Shown here: positions 46,899-56,708 of the stretch, one piece after another
Position numbering within the stretch: position 1 is the stretch's first letter
How the letters are laid out: each line of letters begins with the position of its first letter
IMG/VR virus record: IMGVR_UViG_3300017989_000002
Direction: 5' to 3' (one strand)
Source of the DNA: a virus
Length of the DNA: 64,000 nt
The notes under the pieces: generated by a model
What the model was told of the DNA's origin: nothing
Database searches by the model: none
What the model saw: the letters and a program-made list of their open reading frames with translations, nothing else
Made by a program: the position numbers and the translations under genes

Positions 46899-47725
46899 CC
46901 GCCGCACTCATCCACGTCACCAACTGCGCCTTCCAGCGGAACCCCGTCGAGGACGGGCGCTTCATCGTCTACTCCTTCAACCGGCGACACGCCTCGTTCA
47001 AGGACCCGGAGGAGCTCGGCCTCGGGCCCCCCGACGACGAGGGCAACCCGACCATCCTCAACAAGGATCTCCGCGCCAAGTTCGACGCCGGCCTGGCCTA
47101 CGTCCTGTCCTACGAGGAGCACGGCCGCTGCCGGTGGTTCCTCGCCGGCGGCAGCGTCGACCAGTGGGACGGAGCACGCGTCGCCGGCGTCCTCGTTCTC
47201 CATCTCGACGACGACGCCCTGGACGCAGTCGTTGAGGATGACGCGGCCAACTACCTGGAGGGAGTCGCGCGCGCCGAGATCGAGATCTACACCGCCTGGT
47301 GCAACGGCGATGTCTACGACGCCGAGGTCTACATCAACGGGAAGCGCGAAGACCGCTGCGACTGCCTGTACGGGCAGGACCACGTCACCGCGTGGGCCGA
47401 GGACATGGTCCTGGCCAGCGAGGCTACCTCCTACGAGATCACCTGGCCCTGGGAGGACTGGACAGAGCCCTGCCTCCTGGAGGCCCACCCCAGCCGGAAG
47501 GGCGAGGTCATCCGGCGCGGCGAGGTGAGCCTCACGGTGCTCGCGCACTACTCGACCCCGGAGAACCTGATGGTGGAGCAGACGGACCCGTGGCGCTGGC
47601 CGAAGGGCGGACGTTCCTACCTCATCTCGGCCGCTCACCTCGACGCCTGGGAGCGCGGGGAAGGGGAGGACGACCCCGACGATGCGGGGCGCAGCTACCG
47701 CGAGCAGCGGAAGAGCGCCTGGTGA
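46895..47725 (+). CDS. hypothetical protein
   Basis: AAGGAG RBS. Confidence 0.75.
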   Translation: MTAALIHVTNCAFQRNPVEDGRFIVYSFNRRHASFKDPEELGLGPPDDEGNPTILNKDLRAKFDAGLAYVLSYEEHGRCRWFLAGGSVDQWDGARVAGVLVLHLDDDALDAVVEDDAANYLEGVARAEIEIYTAWCNGDVYDAEVYINGKREDRCDCLYGQDHVTAWAEDMVLASEATSYEITWPWEDWTEPCLLEAHPSRKGEVIRRGEVSLTVLAHYSTPENLMVEQTDPWRWPKGGRSYLISAAHLDAWERGEGEDDPDDAGRSYREQRKSAW

Positions 47726-47784
47726 CCCGCTACGCCTACCCACGGAGCGGGAGCTCTGTGGGACACAACCCGAGGAGAAGAACG

Positions 47785-47997
47785 ATGGCACGACGAGACG
47801 AACCCTTCGAGATCTGCGACGCCCTGCTGATGCACGAGCGGCCCACCTCGATCAAGATCTCCAGCGAGCAGCTCGGAGACGAGCCGGTGTGGCTGCCGCT
47901 GAGCCAGGTCATCGACCGCTCCGAGATCCCGGAGGAGGGCGACACCGGCACCATCACCATCACCGAGTGGCTCGCCATCGAGCGGGGGTGGGACTGA
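47785..47997 (+). CDS. small conserved-type phage protein
   Basis: VWLPLSQV....ITITEWLAIERG. Confidence 0.7.
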   Translation: MARRDEPFEICDALLMHERPTSIKISSEQLGDEPVWLPLSQVIDRSEIPEEGDTGTITITEWLAIERGWD

Positions 47998-48254
47998 TGG
48001 GGGACTACGACCGTCTCGCTGCCGACGACGGCCCAGTCGGGCGAGAAGACCTCGTGCCGTCCGGCGCCGGACCCGAGAGCCCGCTCAAGCCTGACCTGGG
48101 CCGGTTCGACGACTGGTCGCGGGGCCAGCTCATCTCCCGCATCAAGCAGCTCGAGCAGCAGCTCAGCAAGGCCAACTCCGACGCGGCCTACGACCGCGAA
48201 CACCTCACCGAACTTCGACGCCGGGACTCCGGCGGCTACCAAGGGAACTTCTGA
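47997..48254 (+). CDS. hypothetical coiled-coil protein
   Basis: TGATG coupling. Confidence 0.65.
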   Translation: MGDYDRLAADDGPVGREDLVPSGAGPESPLKPDLGRFDDWSRGQLISRIKQLEQQLSKANSDAAYDREHLTELRRRDSGGYQGNF

Positions 48255-49072
48255 TGGACGACAACCCCTTCCTCACCGGCCTCATCGCGCTGGCCAACTA
48301 CTCGATGCAGTTCAGCCGCGTCGAGCGCATCACCTTCCACCCCGACGGGGTCCGGCCCGAGACCGACTCCGACCACACCGTCATGCTGCAGCTCCTGGCG
48401 ACCACGGCCGCCATCGAGCTCAATGGCGCGGAACCGGAGGTGTGGGATCTGCCGCTTCTGGACGTGCCGAAGGTGACGAGGTTCGCTCTCGTGCACGACC
48501 TGGTCGAAGGCTACGCCGGCGACACGCCCAGCTACCGCATCGACGATGCCGCGGCGGAGGAGAAGGACGCCCGGGAGGCTCGCGCACTGGCGCGCATCGA
48601 GCACCGCTTCCACGACGTCGCCTCCTGGATGGTGGACGCCATCAAGGCCTACGAGGCCCAGGAAGTCCCCGAGGCGCGCTTCGTCCGTCTCATGGACAAG
48701 ATGCTGCCCAAGGTCACGCACACGCTCAACTACGGCGTCACCGTCCGGCACCAGGGCGACGACGCCGAGGGCCTGCGAGAAGCGCTCACCCTTCAGCGCG
48801 CCAAGCTGCTGGCCGAGTACCCCGAGTTCGAGCAGCTGTTCGTCCTCCTGTTCGATGACCTGGCCGACCGCGCCGTCGCCGCCATGGGTGGACCACTCGA
48901 GGGCGATGAGGCCATCGACAACACCAAGGAGTGGGTCGAGGATGGCTTCCGCGAGGCGGAACGCCGGATGGCTGTCCTGCAGCAGGTCTGCCCCGCACGT
49001 CCCGGCACCGGCTGGGGCATCTCCATGAACGGTCGCCTGACCGAGTACCTCACCTCCACCGAGGAGTCCTGA
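48254..49072 (+). CDS. HD-domain phosphohydrolase (YfbR/HD_3-like)
   Basis: ETDSDHT, ALVHDLVEGYAGDTP, EARFVRLMDK. Confidence 0.88.
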   Translation: MDDNPFLTGLIALANYSMQFSRVERITFHPDGVRPETDSDHTVMLQLLATTAAIELNGAEPEVWDLPLLDVPKVTRFALVHDLVEGYAGDTPSYRIDDAAAEEKDAREARALARIEHRFHDVASWMVDAIKAYEAQEVPEARFVRLMDKMLPKVTHTLNYGVTVRHQGDDAEGLREALTLQRAKLLAEYPEFEQLFVLLFDDLADRAVAAMGGPLEGDEAIDNTKEWVEDGFREAERRMAVLQQVCPARPGTGWGISMNGRLTEYLTSTEES

Positions 49073-49074
49073 CC

Positions 49075-49476
49075 ATGAGCGACCACGTCCACACCCGCTG
49101 CGGCGGCGACCCCTGGCCCGACGACGAGTTCATCACGGAGCAGGCCGTCGGTACGTTCTGCCTGAAGGCGTGCGAAGACAAGCCCGCCAGCGAGTGCCGG
49201 CCCCTCACGCGCAGCAAGGACCTGGTGCCGGGCATGAGGGTCTACGTGCCCTACCCGTTCGGCGTCCAGAGGGAGGGCCACATCATCCACGCCAGGATGG
49301 AGGTGCGCCCTGTCTCGCTGAAGCACGACCTGTGGACGGCCCACGCCATCGACGGCGAAGGCAACATCGTCCACAGCTGGCGCCCGCTCCTCGTCTTCAC
49401 CGAGAGGCTCGGGTGGGAGGCGTCAGGGTGGCATCACGCCAAGGCGCTGGAGCGCGTCGCGCGGGCCCTGTCATGA
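49075..49476 (+). CDS. hypothetical protein
   Basis: GAGGAG RBS. Confidence 0.7.
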   Translation: MSDHVHTRCGGDPWPDDEFITEQAVGTFCLKACEDKPASECRPLTRSKDLVPGMRVYVPYPFGVQREGHIIHARMEVRPVSLKHDLWTAHAIDGEGNIVHSWRPLLVFTERLGWEASGWHHAKALERVARALS

Positions 49477-49730
49477 CGCCCCTGGAGGCGTACCGCTCGC
49501 TCGACGTAGACGTCAACGGGTTCGTGCATGGGCTCGACTTCTTGCTCGCGGCTGGGATGTCGGCCCCCGACCTCGAGCGGGCAGCCACCAAGCGCGGTGG
49601 GATGCACATCCAGTGGGGGCAGTACCCGTGGACCGATCGGGGACGCCTCCCTTTCGCCGGAGGACCCTGGCGGGCGATGCGAGGCTACCCCAAGAAGGTC
49701 AAGGTGGAGGTGGTGCATGGGACTTCGTGA
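49473..49730 (+). CDS. hypothetical protein
   Basis: ATGA coupling. Confidence 0.6.
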   Translation: MTPLEAYRSLDVDVNGFVHGLDFLLAAGMSAPDLERAATKRGGMHIQWGQYPWTDRGRLPFAGGPWRAMRGYPKKVKVEVVHGTS

Positions 49731-50199
49731 GTCTGCGAGACGGGAGTGGCAGGAGGGGGCCAAGCACGGCTTCCCTCCCTGCTGCCGCGCGCAGTTCATC
49801 GCAGACCAGGCGGCGTTCGACCTCGTCATGCGCGTGCCGGGAGTCACTACCGGCAAGGTGTACCGGGTACGCAAGCTGCTGGATCCGAGGTACGCCATCG
49901 CTGACGGCTTCGTGCCGTGCACCTACCACGCGCTGAAGTGGGGGCTGACGGGCACGAAGGCCGTCAGCCGGGAGCGGCGGAAGCAGGGGGACGCCGCTCG
50001 AGGCTACTGCTGCCGCGAGATGAAGCGAGCCATCGCCGACCGCGGCGTCATCGTCGAGCGCATCCCTGTTGAGGTCTGGAGCGGCACTGCCCGCATCTGG
50101 GTCTTGCGCCACGCGGACGACCCTGTCGAGGGTCGCTTCGTTCACATCAGGCGCTGCCCGTGGTGCGGGAGGGTGCCGCAGAAGCCGGAGACGCCGTGA
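49717..50199 (+). CDS. Cys-rich hypothetical protein
   Basis: GFPPCC, FVPC..H, CC..M...CPWCG. Confidence 0.65.
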   Translation: MGLRESARREWQEGAKHGFPPCCRAQFIADQAAFDLVMRVPGVTTGKVYRVRKLLDPRYAIADGFVPCTYHALKWGLTGTKAVSRERRKQGDAARGYCCREMKRAIADRGVIVERIPVEVWSGTARIWVLRHADDPVEGRFVHIRRCPWCGRVPQKPETP

Positions 50200-50792
50200 G
50201 CCCACGACACGACAGCCTCGCGGACTGCCACTTCGAGCACGGCACGCGGGCGAGGTACGTCCGCGGCTGTCGCTGCGACAGTTGCAGGGCTGCAAACACC
50301 GCCTACTACCACACGATGATGAAGAAGCGGATCTGGCACGGAGGCAACCCGCTCGTCGACGCCGGCCCCGCGCGCACCCACCTGCTGAAGCTGTCGAAGC
50401 TCGGCATCGGACGCCGGTGGGTGCACGCGCAGTGCGGGGTTGCAGACTCCACGCTGCAGAAGATCAGCGGAGGCACCCAGACCCAGTGCCGCAAGGAGAC
50501 GAGCGAGGCCATCCTCGCTGTCCCGACGAAGCGGGAGCCCCTGGACGGCGACCGCATCGACGCAGCGCCTACGTGGCGGCTGCTCCGCGACCTGCTGAAG
50601 CGGGGGTGGAGCAAGGCCGAGCTCGCTCGACGCCTGGGATCCACGGCCCGGCACCCCGCCCTGCAGATCAAGAAGGACCAGGTCAACGCATCGACCGCCC
50701 GGAAGGTGCGGGACCTGCACGCCGAGCTCACCCAACTGCTCGACCCCAACACAGAGGCGGCGCGCATCGCTGCCGAGGAGAACCTCCCGTGA
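50196..50792 (+). CDS. Zn-finger + double HTH DNA-binding protein
   Basis: HGT..Y..GCRCDSC; VDAGPARTHL..L..G; GWSKAELARRLG. Confidence 0.7.
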   Translation: MSPRHDSLADCHFEHGTRARYVRGCRCDSCRAANTAYYHTMMKKRIWHGGNPLVDAGPARTHLLKLSKLGIGRRWVHAQCGVADSTLQKISGGTQTQCRKETSEAILAVPTKREPLDGDRIDAAPTWRLLRDLLKRGWSKAELARRLGSTARHPALQIKKDQVNASTARKVRDLHAELTQLLDPNTEAARIAAEENLP

Positions 50793-51304
50793 CCACCACC
50801 ACCAAGAAGATCGACCGCCTGGCCGACGCCCTCGTCGACGTCGCCGAGGACCTGCCTGAAGAGCACCGAGACGAGTTCCTCGAGGACGTCGCCTCCTCCT
50901 TCCCCCTGTCCCTCGCCGGCGACGCCGCGCTGACCCTGCGCGAACGCCTCGAAGAGCGCTGGATCGAGGAGGAGGGAGACCCCGACCCGCCCTACATCCT
51001 GTGCGCGGCGAACTGGTACCCGACGGCGACCACGGTCGCGCACCAGCCGGTGAACGTCCCCAACGGCGTCGTCGTGGCTGGCCACCGCCACAGCTCCATC
51101 TACCCGGCCACCGGCTACCTGGTGGGCGACGCGAGCTGGCCCGACTTCCGCAAGATCGAGAAGCAGGGCTTCCTCACCAGCGACAACCGCTGGGTCGACC
51201 GGGTCGAGGGCTTCCAGATCGCCAAGGCCGCCGACCAGCTCAACTGGGACGAGGTGCACCGCCGTGGCGGTGCCGAGCAGCTCTACTCGGAGGACCTGTA
51301 CTGA
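50789..51304 (+). CDS. conserved-type phage hypothetical protein
   Basis: ILCAA..GHRH..QGFLTSDNRWVDR...LYSEDLY. Confidence 0.75.
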   Translation: MTTTTKKIDRLADALVDVAEDLPEEHRDEFLEDVASSFPLSLAGDAALTLRERLEERWIEEEGDPDPPYILCAANWYPTATTVAHQPVNVPNGVVVAGHRHSSIYPATGYLVGDASWPDFRKIEKQGFLTSDNRWVDRVEGFQIAKAADQLNWDEVHRRGGAEQLYSEDLY

Positions 51305-51948
51305 TGGGCATAGACACCTCTCCTGGCCGTCTGTACTCCAACGAGAAGACCCTGCGCGTCATGGAAGACCCTGCCCGCTGGGGCGAATCGTGTCGTCCCG
51401 ACGCCGCCCACTACACGTGGGCGCTCGGGAACCTGCGAGAGCGTCCAGTCTTCCGCCTTCGGTGGACTGCTCACGGTAACCGCAGCCCCCTCACATGGAC
51501 CCGGGACACTTCCGGATGGAAGCCGCTGGACCCCGATCTGGGCCGCGCTCTGCTGTCCTTCTCTCGTTGGTTCGCGGCCTCCCGGGCCCGGGAGGCGTGG
51601 GTACGTGGCGGGAGTGTTGGGGCAAAGCCTGCAGACCCCGGGGGCTGCCCTCACTCCGACAAGAAGTGCACCTACCTCGAGTACCCGGTCGACTGCCTAC
51701 AGGACTTCCGGGCGCGCGCTGCGGCGTGGAGACTCGTGCACGAGAAGCTGGACCTCCCGCACGAGAACCCCGGATTCAGGAATCTCTCCTACGACCGAGG
51801 CCTGCTGGTCTCCAACGATGAGGACTGGCCTGACGAGATGTGGGATGCCTACTGCTACGCCTGGCGGCTCATCGGCCGCTTCACCGACACAGGGCTGGCT
51901 CCGGCCGCCCGCTACGCCCGCAAGCACGGGCTGGAGATCCCCCGATGA
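51304..51948 (+). CDS. hypothetical protein
   Basis: TGATG coupling. Confidence 0.65.
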   Translation: MGIDTSPGRLYSNEKTLRVMEDPARWGESCRPDAAHYTWALGNLRERPVFRLRWTAHGNRSPLTWTRDTSGWKPLDPDLGRALLSFSRWFAASRAREAWVRGGSVGAKPADPGGCPHSDKKCTYLEYPVDCLQDFRARAAAWRLVHEKLDLPHENPGFRNLSYDRGLLVSNDEDWPDEMWDAYCYAWRLIGRFTDTGLAPAARYARKHGLEIPR

Positions 51949-52379
51949 ACATCACCCTCGAGGCCGAGACCGTCCGCACCATCAAGGAGCGAGGCGGCAC
52001 CTGGGCCATCTACCAGAACGTCGCGCTGGACAGCGCCGACGCCGGCAAGATCGTGTGCCTCCGCTTCGGGCCCGAGTGCACCAGGAAGGAGGCCCTCGAC
52101 CCGATGCCGGACACGCCCCAGTACGGACCCGGCTGGAAGTACAAGCTCCAGGCCACCGTCAAGGCCGAGGACCTCCCCGACCCGGACGCGCGCGACGAGG
52201 AAGGCCTGAACGCCTACGACCGCGCGCTCGATGCCGCCCTGGACCGCGCCTTCGAGGAGCACGGCATCGACCCGGAGACGATGGTGGTGACGGGCATCGA
52301 GTCCAGCATCGAGTCCAGCGACGTCGTCAAGGTCGAGGACGTCGCGCTCTTCACCCGCGTGGCCCCGGAGAGCCCATGA
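51945..52379 (+). CDS. hypothetical protein
   Basis: ATGA coupling. Confidence 0.7.
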   Translation: MNITLEAETVRTIKERGGTWAIYQNVALDSADAGKIVCLRFGPECTRKEALDPMPDTPQYGPGWKYKLQATVKAEDLPDPDARDEEGLNAYDRALDAALDRAFEEHGIDPETMVVTGIESSIESSDVVKVEDVALFTRVAPESP

Positions 52380-52579
52380 CCGCCCCGCAGCTCGAAGCCA
52401 TCAAGAAGTGGGCCCACGAGAATGGGTCCGACCTCGGACACACCGAGGTCGAGCACCTCCACGACGAGAAGATCGGCTTCACCGTCCCAGTGCGAGCGAA
52501 GTGCTGGCCCAAGGGGATGCCGATCTCCGAGCAGATCAAGACCGAGCCCACCGCAACCCACACCTGGGGGATCCTGTGA
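52376..52579 (+). CDS. hypothetical protein
   Basis: ATGA coupling. Confidence 0.6.
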   Translation: MTAPQLEAIKKWAHENGSDLGHTEVEHLHDEKIGFTVPVRAKCWPKGMPISEQIKTEPTATHTWGIL

Positions 52580-52881
52580 ACGACCTTCCCGAGACCGACC
52601 CCTACCACGTGTACTGCATCCTGCAGGGTGCAGGCATCGTGCGGGAGGGGAGGCCCCTCAGGGGCAACTTCCACTGCTACCGGCTCACCCGTGAGCACGC
52701 CCCGGAGCTGAGACGGCTCCTGGGCCATGCAGACGAGCCGCGCGACGACCAGGCCCTCGGGGCCTACCTCGACCGCCACGCCAAGGCGTGGAGCCAGAAC
52801 ATGGACCGAGAGGGCTACCCCCTCGACCGTCAGCACCGGCGGCTCCGCTCCGCCACCAACCCACTCACCGAGAGGACCTGA
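52576..52881 (+). CDS. hypothetical protein
   Basis: GTGA coupling. Confidence 0.6.
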   Translation: MNDLPETDPYHVYCILQGAGIVREGRPLRGNFHCYRLTREHAPELRRLLGHADEPRDDQALGAYLDRHAKAWSQNMDREGYPLDRQHRRLRSATNPLTERT

Positions 52882-53921
52882 TGTCCCGTGCCAACCACCA
52901 GATCTTGACCCCTGACGGAGAGCGCCTGCGCATCTTCGAGAAGTTCCAGGTCGACCGCAACCTCCCCAAGCACGCCGCACCCGCAGACGACCAGGCCACC
53001 GAAGGCTTCGGGAACAGCGAACCCATGATGTTCGGAGGTGCCCTGAGCGCATCGAGCGTTCGTCGCCCGCGTCACCGCGCCTCCCGGCAGTCCATGAACA
53101 CGGAGGTCGGGAGCCCGATCTCAGGGCGCCAGTGGATGCTGCGCCAGATGGAGCCCGGGGACGCCAGCCACCTCAACGACATGATGGAGCGCCAGTTCGA
53201 GCTCACCTTCTGGCAGCGGTTCCTGTTCGGCTGCCTGCGCGCCATCAGCCCTCGCCGCCAGCGCGACGGCCTCCCCACCACGATGGACGGCCTCCTGGGC
53301 GAGTGGGTGCCGGAGTGGACCGTGCAGGAGTTCTTCGCGAGCTCCAAGAACAGCCTCCAGGAGCTCGCGGTGCTCGACGACGGCGCGCGCCGCGTCGAGG
53401 CCTACCTGGACCGCGCCGCCGAGGCCGGGCAGGTCGCGCTCAAGGAGGAGCTCGAGTTCAAGCTGCAGGTGGTCCGGGCCGAGCTCCAGCTCAAGGCCAT
53501 CGACCAGGCGGCCTACCTCGAGGAGGCCATGATCTGCGAGTTCGTGCGGAAGTGCGAGAAGGGCCTGCGCCTCGACTGGGTGGCGAACTTCGTGCGCCAC
53601 ATCCCGGACGAGGTCCTGGAGAAGAAGAAGCGCTGCGACGAGCTCTGCATCTTCGACAACTACGTCGTCCTGCACTTCGACCCCGAAGGGAAGTCGTGGC
53701 TGGAGACGGACGCGGAGATCGAGCGCCGCAAGGACCCCATCCTGTTCGGCGTGCTCGAGGGCAGCAACCGCCTGTACTTCGTCGCCGACTGGATCGACGA
53801 GGTCTGCACCCTGACCCTCGACGAGCTCATCGCCACCCTGCAGGACGACGACGCCGAGAAGCAGGAGTCCCTGCCTCGCCACGTGGACCCGCTGGGTGAC
53901 CTCGACCGGAGGACCTCATGA
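52881..53921 (+). CDS. conserved-type phage hypothetical protein
   Basis: RHIPDEV..FDNYVVLHFDP..KDPILFG..LYFVADWIDE.C.LTL. Confidence 0.75.
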   Translation: MSRANHQILTPDGERLRIFEKFQVDRNLPKHAAPADDQATEGFGNSEPMMFGGALSASSVRRPRHRASRQSMNTEVGSPISGRQWMLRQMEPGDASHLNDMMERQFELTFWQRFLFGCLRAISPRRQRDGLPTTMDGLLGEWVPEWTVQEFFASSKNSLQELAVLDDGARRVEAYLDRAAEAGQVALKEELEFKLQVVRAELQLKAIDQAAYLEEAMICEFVRKCEKGLRLDWVANFVRHIPDEVLEKKKRCDELCIFDNYVVLHFDPEGKSWLETDAEIERRKDPILFGVLEGSNRLYFVADWIDEVCTLTLDELIATLQDDDAEKQESLPRHVDPLGDLDRRTS

Positions 53922-54274
53922 GCACCGTCAACAAGGGAATGCACGCCCGCCGCCTGAAGAGCAACCCCGCCGAGAAGCGCGTGCACGACGCGTGGAAGGA
54001 GGTGAACCGGGACGGCGCCATCACGGGGTACCTCACCAGTCCGGACCCCAACAAGCAGCTGCCGGCGAACCCGGAGGAGGAGCTCGTGGTCGCAACGGCC
54101 ATGCAGTGGCTCGGCTCCCCCGTGGGGCAGGCGTTCCTCCGCCGCGCCGGCTTCTTCCACGAGGACGAGCGGCAGCGTGCGTTCGACGCCGGACTGTCCA
54201 TCGGGAGCAGGAACCCGGGCATCCATGTCGGTGACCGGGGCAAGGCCTACCGAGCCTGGCGGGGGGAGAGCTGA
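53918..54274 (+). CDS. hypothetical protein
   Basis: ATAMQWLGSPVGQAFL; GGAGG RBS. Confidence 0.75.
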   Translation: MSTVNKGMHARRLKSNPAEKRVHDAWKEVNRDGAITGYLTSPDPNKQLPANPEEELVVATAMQWLGSPVGQAFLRRAGFFHEDERQRAFDAGLSIGSRNPGIHVGDRGKAYRAWRGES

Positions 54275-54468
54275 TGAAGGCCAAGAGCAAGGGCAGGTCT
54301 CTCGAGATCGCCTTCGACAGCACCAAGAAGGACCAGACGGGCGTCGTTCACCTGTTCGACGCCCTGCTGGGCCGCGAACCTACGCCTACGTGCGAAGCCT
54401 GCGGCGGCACCCTCGGCAAGAAGGGGCCCACCCGCGCCCACTGCGACTGCCCTACGGAGGCCCCATGA
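54274..54468 (+). CDS. small Zn-ribbon protein
   Basis: CEACGG...HCDC. Confidence 0.65.
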   Translation: MKAKSKGRSLEIAFDSTKKDQTGVVHLFDALLGREPTPTCEACGGTLGKKGPTRAHCDCPTEAP

Positions 54469-55190
54469 CCGCCATCACCTCGTTCAAGGGAGCCTACGCG
54501 TTCCTCTCGAACTTCACCCCCGCGGTGGTGCGCCTGCCCGGCAGCGACCGCAAGTACCCCACTGTCGAGCACGCCTACCAAGCCGCCAAGACGACGGACG
54601 ACGACACGCGCTACGCCATCTGGTCGGCACGGACGCCGGGGCGAGCCAAGCGCCTGGGCCAGAAGGTCCAGATCCGACCGGACTGGGAGGACGTCAAGCT
54701 CGGCGTGATGCTCGGCCTTCTCCGGCAGAAGTTCGGAGACCACGAAGTCCTCCAGACGCAGCTCCTCGCCACTGGCGACATGGATCTCGTCGAGGGGAAC
54801 GGCTGGGGCGACACCTACTGGGGTGTCTGCGCCGGCGTCGGGGAGAACCACCTGGGCCAGCTGCTGATGCAGGTCCGGCGCGAGATCCGCCAGCGCTACC
54901 TGATTCCGGCGAAGTCGACCGACTACTTCCGCCTCATGCACGCCGCGCTCGAGGGGGCGTACGAGGCGGCACAGGCCGTGCTCTCCGACGAGAACGCCGG
55001 CTACGACGCCAAGGTCGACGTCCTGGTCGACATCGGGGACGCCCTGGCTCCGTTCCATGGCCCCTACTGCGCCAGGTGCGGCTGGACGCCGCGCCAAGAC
55101 CCCGCCCGCACCTGGGCCTACTCCGTGCCTCGCCGCATCTGCGACGTGTGCGCACCCACCTACGAAGCCTCCCTGGAGACGCCTCCATGA
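54465..55190 (+). CDS. NADAR-domain protein with C-terminal Zn-ribbon extension
   Basis: FLSNF, YPTVEHAYQAAK, AKRLG, RPDW, KF...LLATG...LVEGN.WGD.YWG, GENHLG.LLM; CARC..CDVC. Confidence 0.92.
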   Translation: MTAITSFKGAYAFLSNFTPAVVRLPGSDRKYPTVEHAYQAAKTTDDDTRYAIWSARTPGRAKRLGQKVQIRPDWEDVKLGVMLGLLRQKFGDHEVLQTQLLATGDMDLVEGNGWGDTYWGVCAGVGENHLGQLLMQVRREIRQRYLIPAKSTDYFRLMHAALEGAYEAAQAVLSDENAGYDAKVDVLVDIGDALAPFHGPYCARCGWTPRQDPARTWAYSVPRRICDVCAPTYEASLETPP

Positions 55191-55613
55191 CCACCCGCAA
55201 GCTGATCGAGACCATCCCCCCTGCCCGCCGTCGTTCGAGACCTGTTCCTGTCGGCGCTCGGCGACGACGGCTACCTCCCGAACGACCCGCCCCCGCTCGG
55301 GACGAAGGCGTGGGCCGTCTGGCTGGCGCTGGCCAACAACCTCAACGCCGTCCTGCTCAACGAGCAGAACATCGGGGCGATGATGGGCAGCGGCGATGTC
55401 CAGACCGTCTTCCTCGAGCTCGACACCTGGGGCGGCGGCATGGCCCCGCTGCTCAAGTGCGTGGAGCCGTTCGGGAAGTGGAGCATCGACAAGGCCCCCA
55501 CCACGGCGGAGCGCGCGCTGGACATCGCCGTGAAGAGCCACGACAACGAGCAGCTGATGGCGCGCATCGCCGCCGAGAACACCCGACTCACACCCATCTT
55601 GGAGGCATCGTGA
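55187..55613 (+). pseudogene. hypothetical CDS interrupted by a +1 frameshift in a C6 tract (55216-55221)
   Basis: MTTRKLIETIP joins LPAVVRDLFLSALG...PILEAS if one C is removed. Confidence 0.6.
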
Positions 55614-55855
55614 GCATCCCGCGACCGAAGGAAGGCGACGTCGTCCTCATGTGGAAGGGCGCCATCACCGGCAGCCCCTACCCGGTGCCCGACGAGGAGA
55701 AGGACGACCCAGCACACTGGGTCGAGGCCGAGGTCCTCGAGACGCCGCGGCACCGCTCCGCCGAGAAGCAGAGCCAGTACCTGGTGCCCATGGAGGGGGA
55801 CCACTTCCCGAAGTGGGTGCCGCCGGCTGGCTGGAAGGAGAAGCCCGATGTCTGA
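55610..55855 (+). CDS. hypothetical SH3-like protein
   Basis: GTGA coupling, GGAGG RBS. Confidence 0.65.
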   Translation: MSIPRPKEGDVVLMWKGAITGSPYPVPDEEKDDPAHWVEAEVLETPRHRSAEKQSQYLVPMEGDHFPKWVPPAGWKEKPDV

Positions 55856-56093
55856 CGACCGCATCACCGTCTACCTGGTGATGAAGCTCCAGCCCTGGTC
55901 CGAGACGACGCTGCAGCCGACGGGACTGCAGGTGTTTCCTGAAGCTCACATCGCCGGCGGGCGTGGTGAGGACACGAAGGACATCGGGGTCGGCTTCATG
56001 CCTGTCTACCTGGACATCGAGAAGGCGCGTCAGGACTACCCCGACACGCAGATCTCGACGGCCACCGTCGCGCGCGCCGCGCTGGGAGGCTGA
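55848..56093 (+). CDS. hypothetical protein
   Basis: AAGGAG RBS. Confidence 0.7.
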   Translation: MSDDRITVYLVMKLQPWSETTLQPTGLQVFPEAHIAGGRGEDTKDIGVGFMPVYLDIEKARQDYPDTQISTATVARAALGG

Positions 56094-56094
56094 C

Positions 56095-56271
56095 ATGTCG
56101 AGCAAGGAAGAGACGCTGCGGGAGCGCCTGAAGAAGATGCGGAAGGTCAAGACCAGCCTGACTCTCGACCTGAAGGTCGCAGAGTGGCTGGGCACCTTCG
56201 ACAACAAGAGCGCTGCCGCCAACGAGATCCTGAAGGACGCCATGACGTCCATGCAGAAGGAGGGCTCTTGA
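56095..56271 (+). CDS. ribbon-helix-helix DNA-binding protein
   Basis: KVKTSLTLDLKVAEWL....NKSAAANEIL. Confidence 0.75.
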   Translation: MSSKEETLRERLKKMRKVKTSLTLDLKVAEWLGTFDNKSAAANEILKDAMTSMQKEGS

Positions 56272-56708
56272 GCTTCGCCACCTACCACTGCGAGAACGGT
56301 CACGACTTCGAGATGCTGGTCTCCGGCGACGTCACCTGCACCGTGTGCGGCTCGACCAGCGAGAAGCACCTCATCAACAACGGCGGCCTGGGCCGGATCT
56401 TCTACATCTCGTACGCCTACAACGTGAAGATCCCCCAGGTGGGCAACGAGGACTGGCCAGACCTGAGCCGGACCGCTGCCGCCATCGAGGCGTTCGACGA
56501 GAGCGGCAAGCACTGGATGGGCGAGTGCGCCGAGATCCGAGCGGTGGGCGAGGCATTCGCCGCCGACACCGCCGACCGCAACAGTGCGGACGTCGCGCCC
56601 CTCATCCGACCAGGACCGCGTGTCCCCAACCCTGGCGCCGAGCCCAGCTTCGTGCGCCGCTGCGTCGCCCGATGGGTGGCGTCCCGTCAGAAGGAGACCC
56701 CCGCATGA
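56268..56708 (+). CDS. FmdB-like zinc-ribbon protein
   Basis: TYHCENGHDFE....TCTVCGS; TTG start. Confidence 0.6.
   Translation: MSFATYHCENGHDFEMLVSGDVTCTVCGSTSEKHLINNGGLGRIFYISYAYNVKIPQVGNEDWPDLSRTAAAIEAFDESGKHWMGECAEIRAVGEAFAADTADRNSADVAPLIRPGPRVPNPGAEPSFVRRCVARWVASRQKETPA

Noticed and set aside
48254-49072. HD protein as DatZ, implying a 2-aminoadenine genome
   Set aside because: No PurZ or MazZ is visible in the window; the motifs fit generic YfbR/HD_3 hydrolases.
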